Shown: positions 63,721 to 64,000 of the stretch, one piece after another
Layout: every line of letters starts with the position of its first letter
How positions within the stretch are numbered: the stretch's first letter is position 1
DNA from: Lama guanicoe
Taxonomy: Eukaryota
DNA: 64,000 nucleotides
Reading direction: 5' to 3'
Assembly (NCBI GenBank): GCA_013239625.1
Contig: MU053873.1
Location: forward strand, 3,114,524 to 3,178,523
The notes under the pieces: model-generated
Databases searched by the model: none
Seen by the model: the letters and a program-made list of their open reading frames with translations, nothing else
What the model was told of the DNA's origin: nothing
Translations under genes and position numbers: made by a program

Positions 63721-64000
63721 GCCCACGGCTATTTTCCCCTTTGCCTCTATTTGTTCCTGGTTCATTCAAAGGTGCCTGTGTCTCTGGAGGTGCAGGGAAT
63801 CATCCCAGAAAGCCAGATTATGAGGAACTGTCACTGTCTCAAGATGTCCAAGGGTCACTTGTCTGGAAGAAATGAGGCTACAGGAGAAAATAAATGCCCC
63901 GTGAATTGTGTCCTGGAAAGAGCTCCCAGGCCGCACTGACCATGGAGTAAGCATTAGCAGGGAATATTCAGTCTCATTTTGGGAAAGGAAGGAGTCGGGG

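Noticed and set aside
1..64000. CRISPR arrays, operons, tRNA/rRNA genes, viral genes or a novel multi-gene system
   Set aside because: None seen. The window is explained by the MYO18B 3' end, ordinary mammalian repeats and unique non-coding DNA. Small or diverged ncRNAs cannot be excluded without an Rfam/Infernal search.

Overview
Mammalian genomic DNA, not prokaryotic. The right half carries the 3' end of MYO18B (unconventional myosin XVIIIB) on the minus strand. I reconstructed four coding exons by hand with canonical AG/GT sites and consistent phase: 59819-59689, 50712-50668, 49326-49189 and 32412-31164, ending ...SIMKKYLQK*. The 45-nt and 138-nt exons are not recovered in their MYO18B frame by the ORF track. 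An intron starts 12 nt after the stop, followed by a probable non-coding last exon (29055 to about 28745) with AATAAA at 28762-28767. Positions 1 to about 28,700 are intergenic, and I recognise no other gene. The rest is typical eutherian repeat content: L1, L2, MIR, MER20, MER58A, MER81, MLT1 LTRs and an ERV-type solo LTR. I recognised no lineage-specific SINE, and the young L1 3' ends suggest a cetartiodactyl, possibly a camelid (inference). I found no new multi-gene system. The most unusual features are small: a perfect 20-bp-stem intronic hairpin with template-switch signatures (41068-41115), a 121-bp orphan retroposed fragment with a 16-bp TSD (6242-6394), a 121-bp templated insertion copied from 1020 bp away (4754-4874), and candidate muscle enhancer motif clusters. 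Repeat family names and human comparisons are from recalled sequences, not from searches.
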